Virus record (IMG/VR): IMGVR_UViG_3300022689_000474
Coordinates: 1-64,000 of that record
Origin: a virus
DNA: 64,000 nt
Strand: one strand, 5' to 3'
The notes under the pieces are model-generated. The model made no database searches. It was given only the letters and a program-made list of their open reading frames with translations, and had not been told where the DNA came from. The translations under genes were made by a program, and so were the position numbers. Below are positions 44,540 to 55,118 of the stretch, one piece after another. Within the stretch, counting starts at the first letter, position 1; every line of letters starts with the position of its first letter.

Positions 44540-45808
44540 ATGCATAATAACACTAATTTTAGTCCTTATATTTCACCTTTTCAGCCTACGACAAGTGATT
44601 TATATCCTGCGGAACCTATTTATACCGAACTGGCACGATCCTTTTCTAATATAGTAGGAGTTACTCCTCTTACAGAGATGTTTCCGGTAGAAGAAATTCC
44701 TCAAAGGATTGTCATAATGGATATTAGCTTTGAGAATATTCCTACAATCATGCCCCTTGTGGATTGGGCAAAACCAGATGTAATTACAGGATATAATGCT
44801 GGAAGATCAGAAAGAAGAGTTATTACTCCTCTGGCAATTAGAGAAAGTAAATTTATTTCATATGGTCAATTGAATACTAGGATTCGTCCTGGTACTTTAA
44901 GTGAATTTGCTGATCCAGATCAAATCATTGAACAAACTATAAGAGATCTAGTCACTTCTCATAACCTGACTTGGGATGTTTATAGAGGTATGATGTTAAT
45001 GGGTGGTATTAGTTATACTGATCCTCGTACTGGTGCTTCTATTGATGTTACTTCTGGAATTCCTATTCATAATCAATGGTCTTATGATACTACTGAAGGT
45101 TATAGAGGTAGAAATGAATCTTCACTATTCTTAAGAATGGATGATGCTAACTCTCTTAATAGTTTAACTCAAGGGACTCCTTGGACAGATCCGAATGCGG
45201 ATATTATAGGTACTATGATGAAAATCTCTAGTTGGTTTAGAACTACTAATAAGTCTAGAGTTACCCGTATTGCTATGAGTTCTTCTTTGGCCCATATCTT
45301 AATGTTTAATAATCAAGTTAAACACTTTATGGGTATGCCGGTCTTTAATCTGTTTCCTAATCAAGTTGTAGATGGAGCTCCCCAAAATATTAATAATACA
45401 ATGATGAACTTTACTGTGGGTTCAGAAGGTCTACAAAGTATAGCAGGCATTCCTATTACTACTATAGAAACTATCTATAAAGATCCTGTTACGAATACAG
45501 CTCGTTCTGTTTTCCCGAAGAATAGAATAGTTCTTCTATCTGAAGTTGATGCTCTAAATAATAGAGAAGCTCCTGGTCGTACTCAATATTGTATATCTGA
45601 GAATGAAGATAGTAGCCCGGGTATGTGGACTCGTACAGTAGATCATACTCTACCCCCTCAAGCTCCTGGATTATATATTCAGTTAGGTAATGCAGGTATG
45701 CCTTATCTTAAATTCCCCTTCCGTGTAGCTCATATGGTTGTGGGTAGTCCGAATGATATCAATAAGAGATTGGGTGTTGTAGGTGATTATCAGTTTGGTA
45801 TGCCTTAA
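44540..45808 (+). CDS. major capsid protein (HK97 fold, lambda E-like)
   Basis: 422 aa; position after protease/scaffold; PWTDPNADI motif. Confidence 0.85.
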   Translation: MHNNTNFSPYISPFQPTTSDLYPAEPIYTELARSFSNIVGVTPLTEMFPVEEIPQRIVIMDISFENIPTIMPLVDWAKPDVITGYNAGRSERRVITPLAIRESKFISYGQLNTRIRPGTLSEFADPDQIIEQTIRDLVTSHNLTWDVYRGMMLMGGISYTDPRTGASIDVTSGIPIHNQWSYDTTEGYRGRNESSLFLRMDDANSLNSLTQGTPWTDPNADIIGTMMKISSWFRTTNKSRVTRIAMSSSLAHILMFNNQVKHFMGMPVFNLFPNQVVDGAPQNINNTMMNFTVGSEGLQSIAGIPITTIETIYKDPVTNTARSVFPKNRIVLLSEVDALNNREAPGRTQYCISENEDSSPGMWTRTVDHTLPPQAPGLYIQLGNAGMPYLKFPFRVAHMVVGSPNDINKRLGVVGDYQFGMP

Positions 45809-45933
45809 GGTCCAAGTTAAATAAATAAATAATTGTTGATATTTTATTAATGTTGATGAATTATTCTTATATTAGTTAAGTAGTAATTTTATCTTTAATC
45901 AAATTTATAATTAGTTTTCATAGGTAATAAATT

Positions 45934-47484
45934 ATGCCATCATTAAGTCACAATACAGAATTTTTGATGCGACATGCTAGAACTCTAGGTACTATTAGAA
46001 CTTATGTTCCTGGGGGAGTGGCAATCGCACCTGATGCAGTTATTCTTCATGATACTGCTTCTTTAGATATTGCTATAGGTGGTGTCTACGATACTGCCCG
46101 GTTAGATCCTGCTAATCGAGCTGCATGGGAAGCTCAATTAGCTGCTTATGTGCCTCCTGCTACAGCTCATATTATTTCATTTTTAGGAGGAGTAATGGAG
46201 TTTGGTGCTAGAGAATATACTCTGGATTCTGGTCCCATGATAAATGCAGGAGATACTTTTCATTCTCAAGCTATTGATTTAGAAGAAATCTGGGATCTCC
46301 TTTCTACTGGTAGTTATGTACTTGCTGCTGTTCCGGATTATGGAGAACCTAAGTTACCCGCAGAAGCAACTGCATTGGGATTAGATTATTATATTACTAG
46401 AGATGGTAATGGTGAATTTACACTTCAATATGCTGAAGATCCTTTTGTAGCTAATGAAGTTGCTAAAGCTGGTGGTTACTCTAGACTACAATCTTTAATG
46501 CTTAATGGTACTGCGACTCCTATCCAAAGACAAGCATTATATAGAATAGCTAACTCTAGAGTTATGATGGATATATGTATTAAAGGAGTTAGATATATAT
46601 TACAGAAAGTAGCTGATGCTCCTCTTTGTTGTAATGGAGGTGTTAATTACTCCTTAGATACTATTAGGTTCATGAGTAATACCTCTATGGAAGTACCTGG
46701 TGCTCCCTTTACTACAACTTTACAAGATGGTACTAATGCTTTTGGTTTGACAGCTGACTTTGGAGGTCTCATAGATGGTGTTTATCCTATAGCTACTTTC
46801 TTTGCTGGTGCCCCTGTTTCTCCTAATGTTACCTTAATACCGGGTGAACCTGTTGCTACAGTTGCTAATGCTAATATCTCTTATATAAGAGGTGTGGGTC
46901 CTGATTTTGGTCCTCCTGATGTCGCTGAAGGTGATCCTAGTAATGGTCCTGGTAGTGAATTGGGATATCTTAAAGGAATTACTTTCTATGAAACCCAAAG
47001 GGATGCAGAGTTAAGAATTAATGGTAGAACATTGGTTGAACCTCAATCTTATGAAGAGATTGAAGCATTTATGGCTTACTTGATGCAATCTCCAGGAGAT
47101 GATCCTTGTAATGTTTGTATGGGTCTTGGTTGGGAAACAGTAGCATTTGCTACGGCAAGTTTCTTTGATCTTTCTAATGCTTGTTCTGCACCCCAATCAG
47201 CTCAAGGTATTCATCCTCTAGATTTAGGTTTCTTTACTGCTAATAATGTTACTTCTTTTGGTCCGGATATTGAATGGTTAGGTAGAGTTAATCCTATCTA
47301 TTCTCAAGGTAGTAATATTCCTATATATGCTCCTTCTGTTGGTGGATCTGCCTTACATATGCATGCTAATCCAGTTCCTTTAATAAGATTTGATATCTTA
47401 GTTGATCCAGCAGCAGTAGCTCCTGTTCCTCATGTAACAATATTACCTGAGAGTGTAACGAGAAGCTATAGAGTTCTTCCGTAA
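45934..47484 (+). CDS. probable abundant virion/head protein
   Basis: Follows the capsid gene; Ala/Gly/Pro-rich; ends at a strong hairpin. Confidence 0.55.
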   Translation: MPSLSHNTEFLMRHARTLGTIRTYVPGGVAIAPDAVILHDTASLDIAIGGVYDTARLDPANRAAWEAQLAAYVPPATAHIISFLGGVMEFGAREYTLDSGPMINAGDTFHSQAIDLEEIWDLLSTGSYVLAAVPDYGEPKLPAEATALGLDYYITRDGNGEFTLQYAEDPFVANEVAKAGGYSRLQSLMLNGTATPIQRQALYRIANSRVMMDICIKGVRYILQKVADAPLCCNGGVNYSLDTIRFMSNTSMEVPGAPFTTTLQDGTNAFGLTADFGGLIDGVYPIATFFAGAPVSPNVTLIPGEPVATVANANISYIRGVGPDFGPPDVAEGDPSNGPGSELGYLKGITFYETQRDAELRINGRTLVEPQSYEEIEAFMAYLMQSPGDDPCNVCMGLGWETVAFATASFFDLSNACSAPQSAQGIHPLDLGFFTANNVTSFGPDIEWLGRVNPIYSQGSNIPIYAPSVGGSALHMHANPVPLIRFDILVDPAAVAPVPHVTILPESVTRSYRVLP

Positions 47485-47526
47485 TAAGAATTGTTGGATT
47501 TGGATTTATGAATTAATTGTATTGAG

Positions 47527-47561
47527 TTTTATTATCCGACTGAATAAGTCGGATAATAAAA
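47527..47561. terminator. 15-bp hairpin terminator
   Basis: TTTTATTATCCGACT-gaata-AGTCGGATAATAAAA. Confidence 0.8.
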
Positions 47562-47596
47562 AAGTAATAGTAAAATAAATAAATTGAGTAATTTAT

Positions 47597-48319
47597 ATGG
47601 CTTCTAGTAAAATAATTGTAAATATACAAACTCCTTTCAGACATGGGAATAGATTACTCCCTAGAGGACAACAAATGGTCTATTCTATATCTAATGATAA
47701 AGATATGAAGGATTTATTCAATCTTATGAATAATCCTATGTCTAAAAATGGAGTATATCTGGGTGAAGCTGATAGAAAGTTATATGATAAATATGTGAGG
47801 GAAAAATATGATAGGTTTGGAAATTCTGCTTTTAAAGAAAGTGTTGAAATGAATACATCTTATTTACAACCTCCTGAAGAACCAGTAGAGTCCCCCTATT
47901 TAAATGCTGTCTCTTTATCTAAAAAAGGAGATCAATACCCTAAGAATGATTCACAACAAAATGTAGAAAAGAGTATTACTACACTATTAGCTGAATCTGA
48001 AACTAGAGATAAATCAGAATACGTTAAAGAAGATTTAGTTGAACAAGAACATATTGAAACTGTCAGTGTGGAAGATGAAGATAATACAGATAATTCTATA
48101 AATGTAGAAGATCTTAAAAGAGAATTTGAGGAAAGATATGATCATTTAGTTAGTGCTCATTATACTAAGATCCAAGATAGAGCTAAAGAGTTGAATATTG
48201 AATATACAGTTAAAGATGATACTATTCTAGAAATACTTGAAGCTGAATTCTTGGAGAGTGCTGTTAATTTTGGTATAGAAGAGACTTTAGACGAACTTTT
48301 AAAATCAAAGAATAAATAA
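47597..48319 (+). CDS. acidic head-module protein with Rho-N/HeH-like C-terminus
   Basis: IQDRAKELNIEY..KDDTILEIL. Confidence 0.5.
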   Translation: MASSKIIVNIQTPFRHGNRLLPRGQQMVYSISNDKDMKDLFNLMNNPMSKNGVYLGEADRKLYDKYVREKYDRFGNSAFKESVEMNTSYLQPPEEPVESPYLNAVSLSKKGDQYPKNDSQQNVEKSITTLLAESETRDKSEYVKEDLVEQEHIETVSVEDEDNTDNSINVEDLKREFEERYDHLVSAHYTKIQDRAKELNIEYTVKDDTILEILEAEFLESAVNFGIEETLDELLKSKNK

Positions 48320-48337
48320 AATCTATAGTTATCCTTC

Positions 48338-50197
48338 GTGAATAATATGGACTTAATAACTAAGGATACAGAATTATTGGGAATCGTTACAGATGAATCT
48401 TTTATATCATCGGTCAGAAGGGCCTCTATCCTAGGAAGTGATGGAGGTCTATTTTCTGATGATGATATTATTAAAATAGCTTTATATGATGCATATCCTA
48501 GAATCTTAATGAGAATATCTCTTACTAGAGATAAAGATAATAATCCTTTATTTAAAGGAATAGGGGTAAAGAAAACAGATTATAGTTTACAGTTTATAAA
48601 ATCATTAGAGATATTAAAATCTCCACCTTATAGTTTTGGTCTTAAAAGAGTTGCTATTTCTTTAACTGCTAGTTATTTAATAAAAAGTTTACCTCTTAAT
48701 GCTGATCTTAAATTCTTTGACTTGGGAGAAAGTTTAGAGAAAAGTGCTATATCAGATTTGGAACAATTAATTGGTGTATTGATAGATGATCAATCTATTA
48801 TTGATCTTATTAATAACGATTCTTCTTTAGATAATAAGATTTTCTTATCCTCTAAAGTTCCTTATAAAGCTTTATTCTTTTCTTATTCAATAGATCTTGG
48901 TTCTATACCACCTGATAGTTTTGATTTAGTGGAAGAAGATATAGCTCTGTATGAAGGAGTATCTCTTCATACCTCTTTAAATATTCCTCAGAATTACTCT
49001 GGAGTTTGTTATATCAATATGAGTTATACTGGTTCTGATAAGTTTATAAAAGAAGCTTTTATTATTGATCCTCAATGGTCTCTTATTGATATATGTAATC
49101 TACTTACAGAAGTTATTAATGAGTTTAATGTAGATGTAAATTCAAATGTAATTGCATCTCTTAATATTAGTAAAGAACAGGTAAATGAAGTTACTTATTC
49201 TAAAGCAGAATTGTATCCAGACTCCACTACTAATAGAGAGAAAAAGTTATTATTTACTATTTATCCAAGAGTTCATGTTATTGAACTTAGTACCCTTAAT
49301 CTTTCTAGTATTCGTAATAGAGAGGTTATACATGTCGACCTTAGAACTATAAATAATAATTTACTCCCCGAAGTATTAGATTCTACTATATTGAATACAT
49401 TAAGACCTCTTACTTCTAAAGGTATAGATGGTATTTATTTTGGAGTTATAAATAATTATTACGCTTTAACTAAAGAAGGACCTCACTCTCTAATAGTAGA
49501 AGTAGATAAAGGAGATATTATATCTACTCAAGATTCCAGTGAAGTACCTATTAATAATAAAGTTAATAATAAGGATCTTATTATAGATACTTTTTATTTC
49601 AGAATACCAAGTAATTTAACTTTAGTACAAGGTCTTATGGTAGTTAGAGTAAGTACTTCTCCTAATATAACTTCTATTAAAGAATGGATAATAAATATAC
49701 CTTCTGGTACTAACGCAGATGAAATAGCTAAGATCTTTCATATGTCATTCTACGATAAAGAATATATTACAGAAGTATTAGGAAGTTTGGCACATTCTAA
49801 TGCAGTTCAAATGGTATCTTTTATAAAAACTAGGGAGGTTGTAAGGATTATTGTAGATATATTAGAAGTACCTCTAGGAGTAGAAGTAGCTACAGGTAAT
49901 AATATTAATAATATAACTCCTTATAAACCTGGCCATAGATCTATAAATATACCAAGTGTACCCAAAGATAAAGAAGATTTACAGAGTATAGAAGAATCAA
50001 ATTATAATAAACCCAAGAAATTAAATATTGGTAAAAGTAGTCCTCCTTCTATATCTCCTCAACTTCAAGCTGTTAGGAAAAAATTAGAAGAATTAGATAA
50101 ATGTAATTATCCAAATTATGGAAAATGCCTCCCATACCCCTCAATCATCAGGGCCGGAAGATTCGGATGGTGCTGTCCCGAGGATTATACAGAGTAG
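48338..50197 (+). CDS. putative head-tail connector with large C-terminal extension
   Basis: Position; helical N-terminus LKRVAISLTASYL..AISDLEQL is reminiscent of Mu gp36. Confidence 0.45.
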   Translation: MNNMDLITKDTELLGIVTDESFISSVRRASILGSDGGLFSDDDIIKIALYDAYPRILMRISLTRDKDNNPLFKGIGVKKTDYSLQFIKSLEILKSPPYSFGLKRVAISLTASYLIKSLPLNADLKFFDLGESLEKSAISDLEQLIGVLIDDQSIIDLINNDSSLDNKIFLSSKVPYKALFFSYSIDLGSIPPDSFDLVEEDIALYEGVSLHTSLNIPQNYSGVCYINMSYTGSDKFIKEAFIIDPQWSLIDICNLLTEVINEFNVDVNSNVIASLNISKEQVNEVTYSKAELYPDSTTNREKKLLFTIYPRVHVIELSTLNLSSIRNREVIHVDLRTINNNLLPEVLDSTILNTLRPLTSKGIDGIYFGVINNYYALTKEGPHSLIVEVDKGDIISTQDSSEVPINNKVNNKDLIIDTFYFRIPSNLTLVQGLMVVRVSTSPNITSIKEWIINIPSGTNADEIAKIFHMSFYDKEYITEVLGSLAHSNAVQMVSFIKTREVVRIIVDILEVPLGVEVATGNNINNITPYKPGHRSINIPSVPKDKEDLQSIEESNYNKPKKLNIGKSSPPSISPQLQAVRKKLEELDKCNYPNYGKCLPYPSIIRAGRFGWCCPEDYTE

Positions 50198-50945
50198 ATA
50201 TGAACATAGATTATTTGGTCCACCTATCCCATCTATATACTATTTATGTATATATGTGTATAGAAAAATAGTAACTCATCCTTTAATAAGATCTCCTATA
50301 GTTAGAGATCCATTAAGTGGAGAGCCTATATTTATAAAAAGATATAAACTTAAGAATGGTGTTGAATTAAAAGAAGGTTTAGCTTGTTCTATATTTCCTC
50401 ATAGTTCTCCGACTGATTCATTTGCTTTACCTAGTCCAACTGAAACTTCAGTATCCGCTTTATTTAGCCATCAGAACTTAGATCCTAATTTTGATGATGT
50501 AGTTTATCATATTTCTATAAAGTTACATTATGCTACTACTACAGTATTTGTACCCCATCCTAATGAAGAATTGAGAAAAATATCAGAAGTTAGAGGTGTA
50601 GGTCCTTTGAGTAGATATTATGATACTAATAATGAGGTAGAAGTAGATTTAGATCTAAATCCATCATTAGTAATAATAGGAGATTATATGGAATTAGTAA
50701 GGTATGCAATATTAGATAATACTCATACAGTAGATCTTCCTATACCATTTAATAAACTTGAAGTACTCTATTTTAACTTTAAAGACGCTCCTTGGGAAAA
50801 AGGTAGAAATATCTATTTCTCAGAAGGAGAGATATTATTAAGAGTAGATACTAAGATATCTAGAATATGGGATATAAATAAACCAATATTAGAAAGGATC
50901 AAATGTTATATGTTAGAATTACAACACGTTTCTGATTCTGAATGA
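50118..50945 (+). CDS. putative neck/tail terminator protein
   Basis: Position immediately before the sheath gene. Confidence 0.45.
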   Translation: MENASHTPQSSGPEDSDGAVPRIIQSRYEHRLFGPPIPSIYYLCIYVYRKIVTHPLIRSPIVRDPLSGEPIFIKRYKLKNGVELKEGLACSIFPHSSPTDSFALPSPTETSVSALFSHQNLDPNFDDVVYHISIKLHYATTTVFVPHPNEELRKISEVRGVGPLSRYYDTNNEVEVDLDLNPSLVIIGDYMELVRYAILDNTHTVDLPIPFNKLEVLYFNFKDAPWEKGRNIYFSEGEILLRVDTKISRIWDINKPILERIKCYMLELQHVSDSE

Positions 50946-51009
50946 GTTATAACATTAATAAAATATAACTTTGCTGTTTAGTATATAAATATTTTAAAAG
51001 GTAATAATT

Positions 51010-54000
51010 ATGTCAATGCCAATCCCTAGGGTTAAATTTATAGAGGTTAACTCTGGATTTACACCTATAAGAATGTCTGCTAAAAATAGAATTGGTATTA
51101 TCGCTCCTTTCTCTAGAGGTCCCGCTTTTAGATGGAGATATGTTGGAGGTTATACTGATTTTGCTGATACTTGGGGAAGTGATACTTCTATTGGTTCTCT
51201 TGCATTTCAAGCCGCTTGGGATCAAGGTGCTAGAGATTTTGGATTGATAAGAGTTCTTGGTTCTGGTGCTCCTGCTCAAGGAATGATTAGATTTGGAGGT
51301 ATAGCTTCAAAACACAATAATATTCTTTTACATCTAAGGATTATAGGTGATCCTATTAGAAGATCAGATAGAGAAATTAAAGCTAATATTTTTACTAGTG
51401 GGGAATATAGGAGTAGTATTAGTGGTAGGTACTGGTTTAGAGTTGATAATAAATTTCTTGAAGATGGTGTTGAAAAATATACGATTAAATGGATCTTTGT
51501 TCCTTTAGGTGTAGATGGTGTTATAGCATGGCAAGATACTTCTGCACCTGAAATAGATATTCCATTAGATGCCATCCCTGTAGAATTTACTGATAAAGCT
51601 TTACAAGCTACTACTGATGTTTCTGGTATATCTCCTACTCTTTTGAGTGTAATTGGTTCTCAAGAAGTTGTATTTCCTGATTCCTGTTTGGGTTTACCAA
51701 GACCTGGAGAATCTTGTACTCTAGTAGGGACTCCTGGTTATGTTGTAGTTGTTAATGTTGGGGATATGAGATGGTTCTGGCATATTGATGGGGCAGATTC
51801 AGATAATATTAGAATAGATGAAGAAAATTCTGGTTATTATGGAACTCCTCCTATACCTTTAGAAGGATTTCCAGAAGGACTTAATAGTCAATTAGTGACT
51901 GATACAAGAACTGGTTTTACTAATTATCTCAATTTATTATTTACTGAATCTGAATTATCAAATGTAGAAGTATATACACCTACTGAAAGTATAATAGTTC
52001 CAGAAGATCAAACTGGTGTTGTTTTTGGCATAGAAAGAGGATTAACATTACAATTTGAGACTTTAAATACTATAGATCCTATATATCTAGAAGTAGGTGA
52101 TATGTGGTCTATAAGAGTTAATTCTGATACTTGGAGAATACCTATTTCAGAAGGAGCAAGTCCTAATCAAATAGCCACTAGTATGATAGAAGTCTTAGCT
52201 GGTGATGATCCATTAGGTGAAATAATTAGGACTAAAGAAGATGATGGTATTATTTTTAAGTTAATGGAAGAAGAAACAGGAGTACAAGGTAATAAATATA
52301 CTTATTATGTAGATTTAGAAACTCCTGATGGAGAAGTTATAACAGAAGCTAGTTATACGGGAGCGCCTGTTGATCCTGTTACTGGTTCCTATCCTCCTAT
52401 GGAAATATCTTCAGTTCAAGTTCCTATTAACTTTGCACATCATATTCAAGAGGGTGCTAGTGTTAGTAATTTACATGCTGGAGATCCTTTTAGTGTCTAT
52501 GTTGTTTCGGGCTCTGGTTTTACTCTTCCAAATTATGATGAGAATATTACTATTCCTCCAAATACTACTGTAGCTTCTATTGATATCCCGGCTTTCTCGG
52601 CAGCTGGTAGTGGTGCTTTGGCTGTTATAAATCTTTCTAATCCTATTACTGTTATTGGTTCTGGACAATCAGTATTCCATTTTGATAATACTAATGCTGG
52701 TGTTGATCTTGGAGCAGGGGGTTTAGGTATGACAATGAGTAATTATACTTTTTATCAAACTCGTTATATGTCAGGAGGTATAAATGGACCCCGTTCTGCA
52801 TATAGAGATTTTTATTCAATAGATGGATATAAACTATTGACTCTAGTAGCAACTTCAGAAGGACAATGGGGAAATTCTATAAGAGTAACTATATATCCTC
52901 TTACTACAGAAACATTTAACTTAAGAATCGTTGATCTAAATACTGATAGTTATGATCCTCCTATAGCTGAAGAGTTCTACGCTAACCTTAGTTTTAGAGA
53001 TGTAGATGAAAATGGATTCCTTAATCAATTGAATCAATCTAAATTTGTCAGAGGTGTCTTTGTTCCTAAAGCTCTTAATCCTAATGTTAGTCAAGTCTTC
53101 TATCAGAAGAGTATTATGAGATTGGCTCCCCCCGATCCTTTGGAAGTTGATCCTTCTGAACCAGGTCATTTATTAAATTATGGTCCTAAATGTTTAAGAC
53201 AAGTACATTTAGAAGATGGATTTGATGGTCCTCCCTTAACGGATATGGATTATATTAAAGCTATTCGTATATTGAAAAATGCACCTGCTCATATAATATT
53301 GGCTCCAGGTGTATATCAATCTGGTGTTATTAAACAATCACTTATAGCTCAAGCTCATTCTGCTACTGAACTGGAAGGTTTGAGAATAGCTGTCGTTAAC
53401 GCTAAACCATTCTTAGTACCTGAAGCTGCTAATCTTGAAACTATAGGTTATGGCTCTACTAGGGGCGTTATGGTTGCTGGATGGGGAACATATATTGGTA
53501 TTAATAATACTACTAGATTTAGTCTTAGTCCTGATGCTCCCTATTCAGGTAAGTTATCCCGTATTCCTTTCTTCTTAAGCCCTGCTGCTAGGACAGATGC
53601 TGGACCTATTTATGGTATCTCAGAGTTGGATACTCAAAATTATAATGCAATGTCTCAACTTCAGGCTTATACAGATGCTAGATTGGAAGTATTACATCTT
53701 GATCCTAACTTATCTGCATTTTATGTATTAACAGGTCGTACATTAACTTCTAATACTCAATGGGATAAGATATCTTATAGAAGAACTTTTGATATTGTAA
53801 GGGCTGATTTATATGTACTATTACAACAATTTAAGAGTGCTCCTATTAATGCCAGATTATTCTCTCAAATATCTGCTTCTATAGATGCTCATATGACTAC
53901 TATGACTCGTAATGGTTCTTTAAGATCTTTCTCTGGTACTAGTGTTAGATCATTAAATCCTGCTACAGGATTAGTTGAAGTGCATGTAGGTATTGTTCCA

Positions 54001-54075
54001 GTATATGCTGCTGATTATATAGATGTATATCTATATAGAGATGATGGTGGTAATGTTGTTAGACCTACTTCTTAA
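51010..54075 (+). CDS. contractile tail sheath protein
   Basis: P.V...E..SG, IGIIAPFSRGP, F.D.WG, G.WGN.IRV, IILAPG, LTGRTL, ISYRRT.D, V.VGIVPVYAADYI. Confidence 0.92.
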   Translation: MSMPIPRVKFIEVNSGFTPIRMSAKNRIGIIAPFSRGPAFRWRYVGGYTDFADTWGSDTSIGSLAFQAAWDQGARDFGLIRVLGSGAPAQGMIRFGGIASKHNNILLHLRIIGDPIRRSDREIKANIFTSGEYRSSISGRYWFRVDNKFLEDGVEKYTIKWIFVPLGVDGVIAWQDTSAPEIDIPLDAIPVEFTDKALQATTDVSGISPTLLSVIGSQEVVFPDSCLGLPRPGESCTLVGTPGYVVVVNVGDMRWFWHIDGADSDNIRIDEENSGYYGTPPIPLEGFPEGLNSQLVTDTRTGFTNYLNLLFTESELSNVEVYTPTESIIVPEDQTGVVFGIERGLTLQFETLNTIDPIYLEVGDMWSIRVNSDTWRIPISEGASPNQIATSMIEVLAGDDPLGEIIRTKEDDGIIFKLMEEETGVQGNKYTYYVDLETPDGEVITEASYTGAPVDPVTGSYPPMEISSVQVPINFAHHIQEGASVSNLHAGDPFSVYVVSGSGFTLPNYDENITIPPNTTVASIDIPAFSAAGSGALAVINLSNPITVIGSGQSVFHFDNTNAGVDLGAGGLGMTMSNYTFYQTRYMSGGINGPRSAYRDFYSIDGYKLLTLVATSEGQWGNSIRVTIYPLTTETFNLRIVDLNTDSYDPPIAEEFYANLSFRDVDENGFLNQLNQSKFVRGVFVPKALNPNVSQVFYQKSIMRLAPPDPLEVDPSEPGHLLNYGPKCLRQVHLEDGFDGPPLTDMDYIKAIRILKNAPAHIILAPGVYQSGVIKQSLIAQAHSATELEGLRIAVVNAKPFLVPEAANLETIGYGSTRGVMVAGWGTYIGINNTTRFSLSPDAPYSGKLSRIPFFLSPAARTDAGPIYGISELDTQNYNAMSQLQAYTDARLEVLHLDPNLSAFYVLTGRTLTSNTQWDKISYRRTFDIVRADLYVLLQQFKSAPINARLFSQISASIDAHMTTMTRNGSLRSFSGTSVRSLNPATGLVEVHVGIVPVYAADYIDVYLYRDDGGNVVRPTS

Positions 54076-54123
54076 TGCATTATAAAACTTAGTAAACTAA
54101 ATCTTTAATTATTAATAAATATT

Positions 54124-54972
54124 ATGCCTCAAATACCTAGTTATTCTTCTACTCAAAGTGAATTATACTGTGCCCCGGTAGATAATACAGGTCTTGATCC
54201 TATGCAGGGTTTTGACTTCTTTGTTTGGGTTGCAGATGTTTGTACTGGTAAATTGGCTTGGTTTGGAGCCTTCCAAAGTTTAACTCTATCCATAAGAGAT
54301 GCTACTGAAACTTATTTAGAATTAGGACAACGTATCCCTATTCATCTTAATGGTGAAATACAAATAGCCTGGGTTCTAGAACAAGGTTTAGTTGATTATC
54401 AATTTATTTATAGGACCTTTGGTGTTAAATCAATTAGAAGGGATATGTATATTACTAGAGGTCCAAGATTCCAAATCTCTTTTGATGGTAATGCTTATGA
54501 ATTAGATAGGTCCGCAGATGGTTCTGGAAGAGGGATAGTCGCTAATGGTACTGTTGATAGAGCTAATGATAGTGGTATTGGGGGAGATGATTTATATCGA
54601 TGGGGTTCTGATGAATATTTGCACTTGAGTGCAGATTTCTATTCCTCTGATACTAACTTTAGACCTATTAGATCAGGTCGATATGATGTCTTAAGATGTA
54701 AAGTTGATTCTGTTTCTCTTGGTATAATGCCCGGTAGAAGGGTCGCAGCTGTTAGATGGGAAGGAGTTGCAGAAGGTATAGCTTATGTTAATGAGACTGT
54801 TCAACAATTTAAGACTGAAAGAACTACTAATACTAGTGGTAATTTCCTTAATCAACTTGGAGTTGAGAATATTAATATTGGGGATCTGACTGGTGCAGCA
54901 GTTGGAGGTGGTGGTGGTAGGCTTAGTAGTAATGTTGAACAACTTAATCAGACTTTGGCTTCAGGTGGTTAA
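54124..54972 (+). CDS. tail tube protein
   Basis: Follows the sheath; DPMQGFDF, ETYLELGQR..L.GE..I...LEQG. Confidence 0.8.
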   Translation: MPQIPSYSSTQSELYCAPVDNTGLDPMQGFDFFVWVADVCTGKLAWFGAFQSLTLSIRDATETYLELGQRIPIHLNGEIQIAWVLEQGLVDYQFIYRTFGVKSIRRDMYITRGPRFQISFDGNAYELDRSADGSGRGIVANGTVDRANDSGIGGDDLYRWGSDEYLHLSADFYSSDTNFRPIRSGRYDVLRCKVDSVSLGIMPGRRVAAVRWEGVAEGIAYVNETVQQFKTERTTNTSGNFLNQLGVENINIGDLTGAAVGGGGGRLSSNVEQLNQTLASGG

Positions 54973-55003
54973 TAAATATTCTTTAATACTCCTTCATTAA
55001 TTT

Positions 55004-55040
55004 ATATAAAACATGGAGAATATACCTCCATGTTTTATAT
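55004..55040 (+). terminator. 15-bp hairpin terminator after the tube gene
   Basis: ATATAAAACATGGAG-aatatac-CTCCATGTTTTATAT. Confidence 0.8.
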
Positions 55041-55118
55041 TATATTTCTGTATATTAATACTTATAACTATTAGATTATTAGACATAAATATATATATAT
55101 CTAAATATATTGTATTAG

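Noticed and set aside
50075-50082. GGAAAAAA as a frameshift site linking 48338 to 50118
   Set aside because: The downstream ORF is in the +1 frame, not -1, and has its own ATG
50984-50991. TATAAATA (T4 late promoter consensus) before the sheath gene
   Set aside because: Expected by chance in DNA this AT-rich and not consistently present before other late genes
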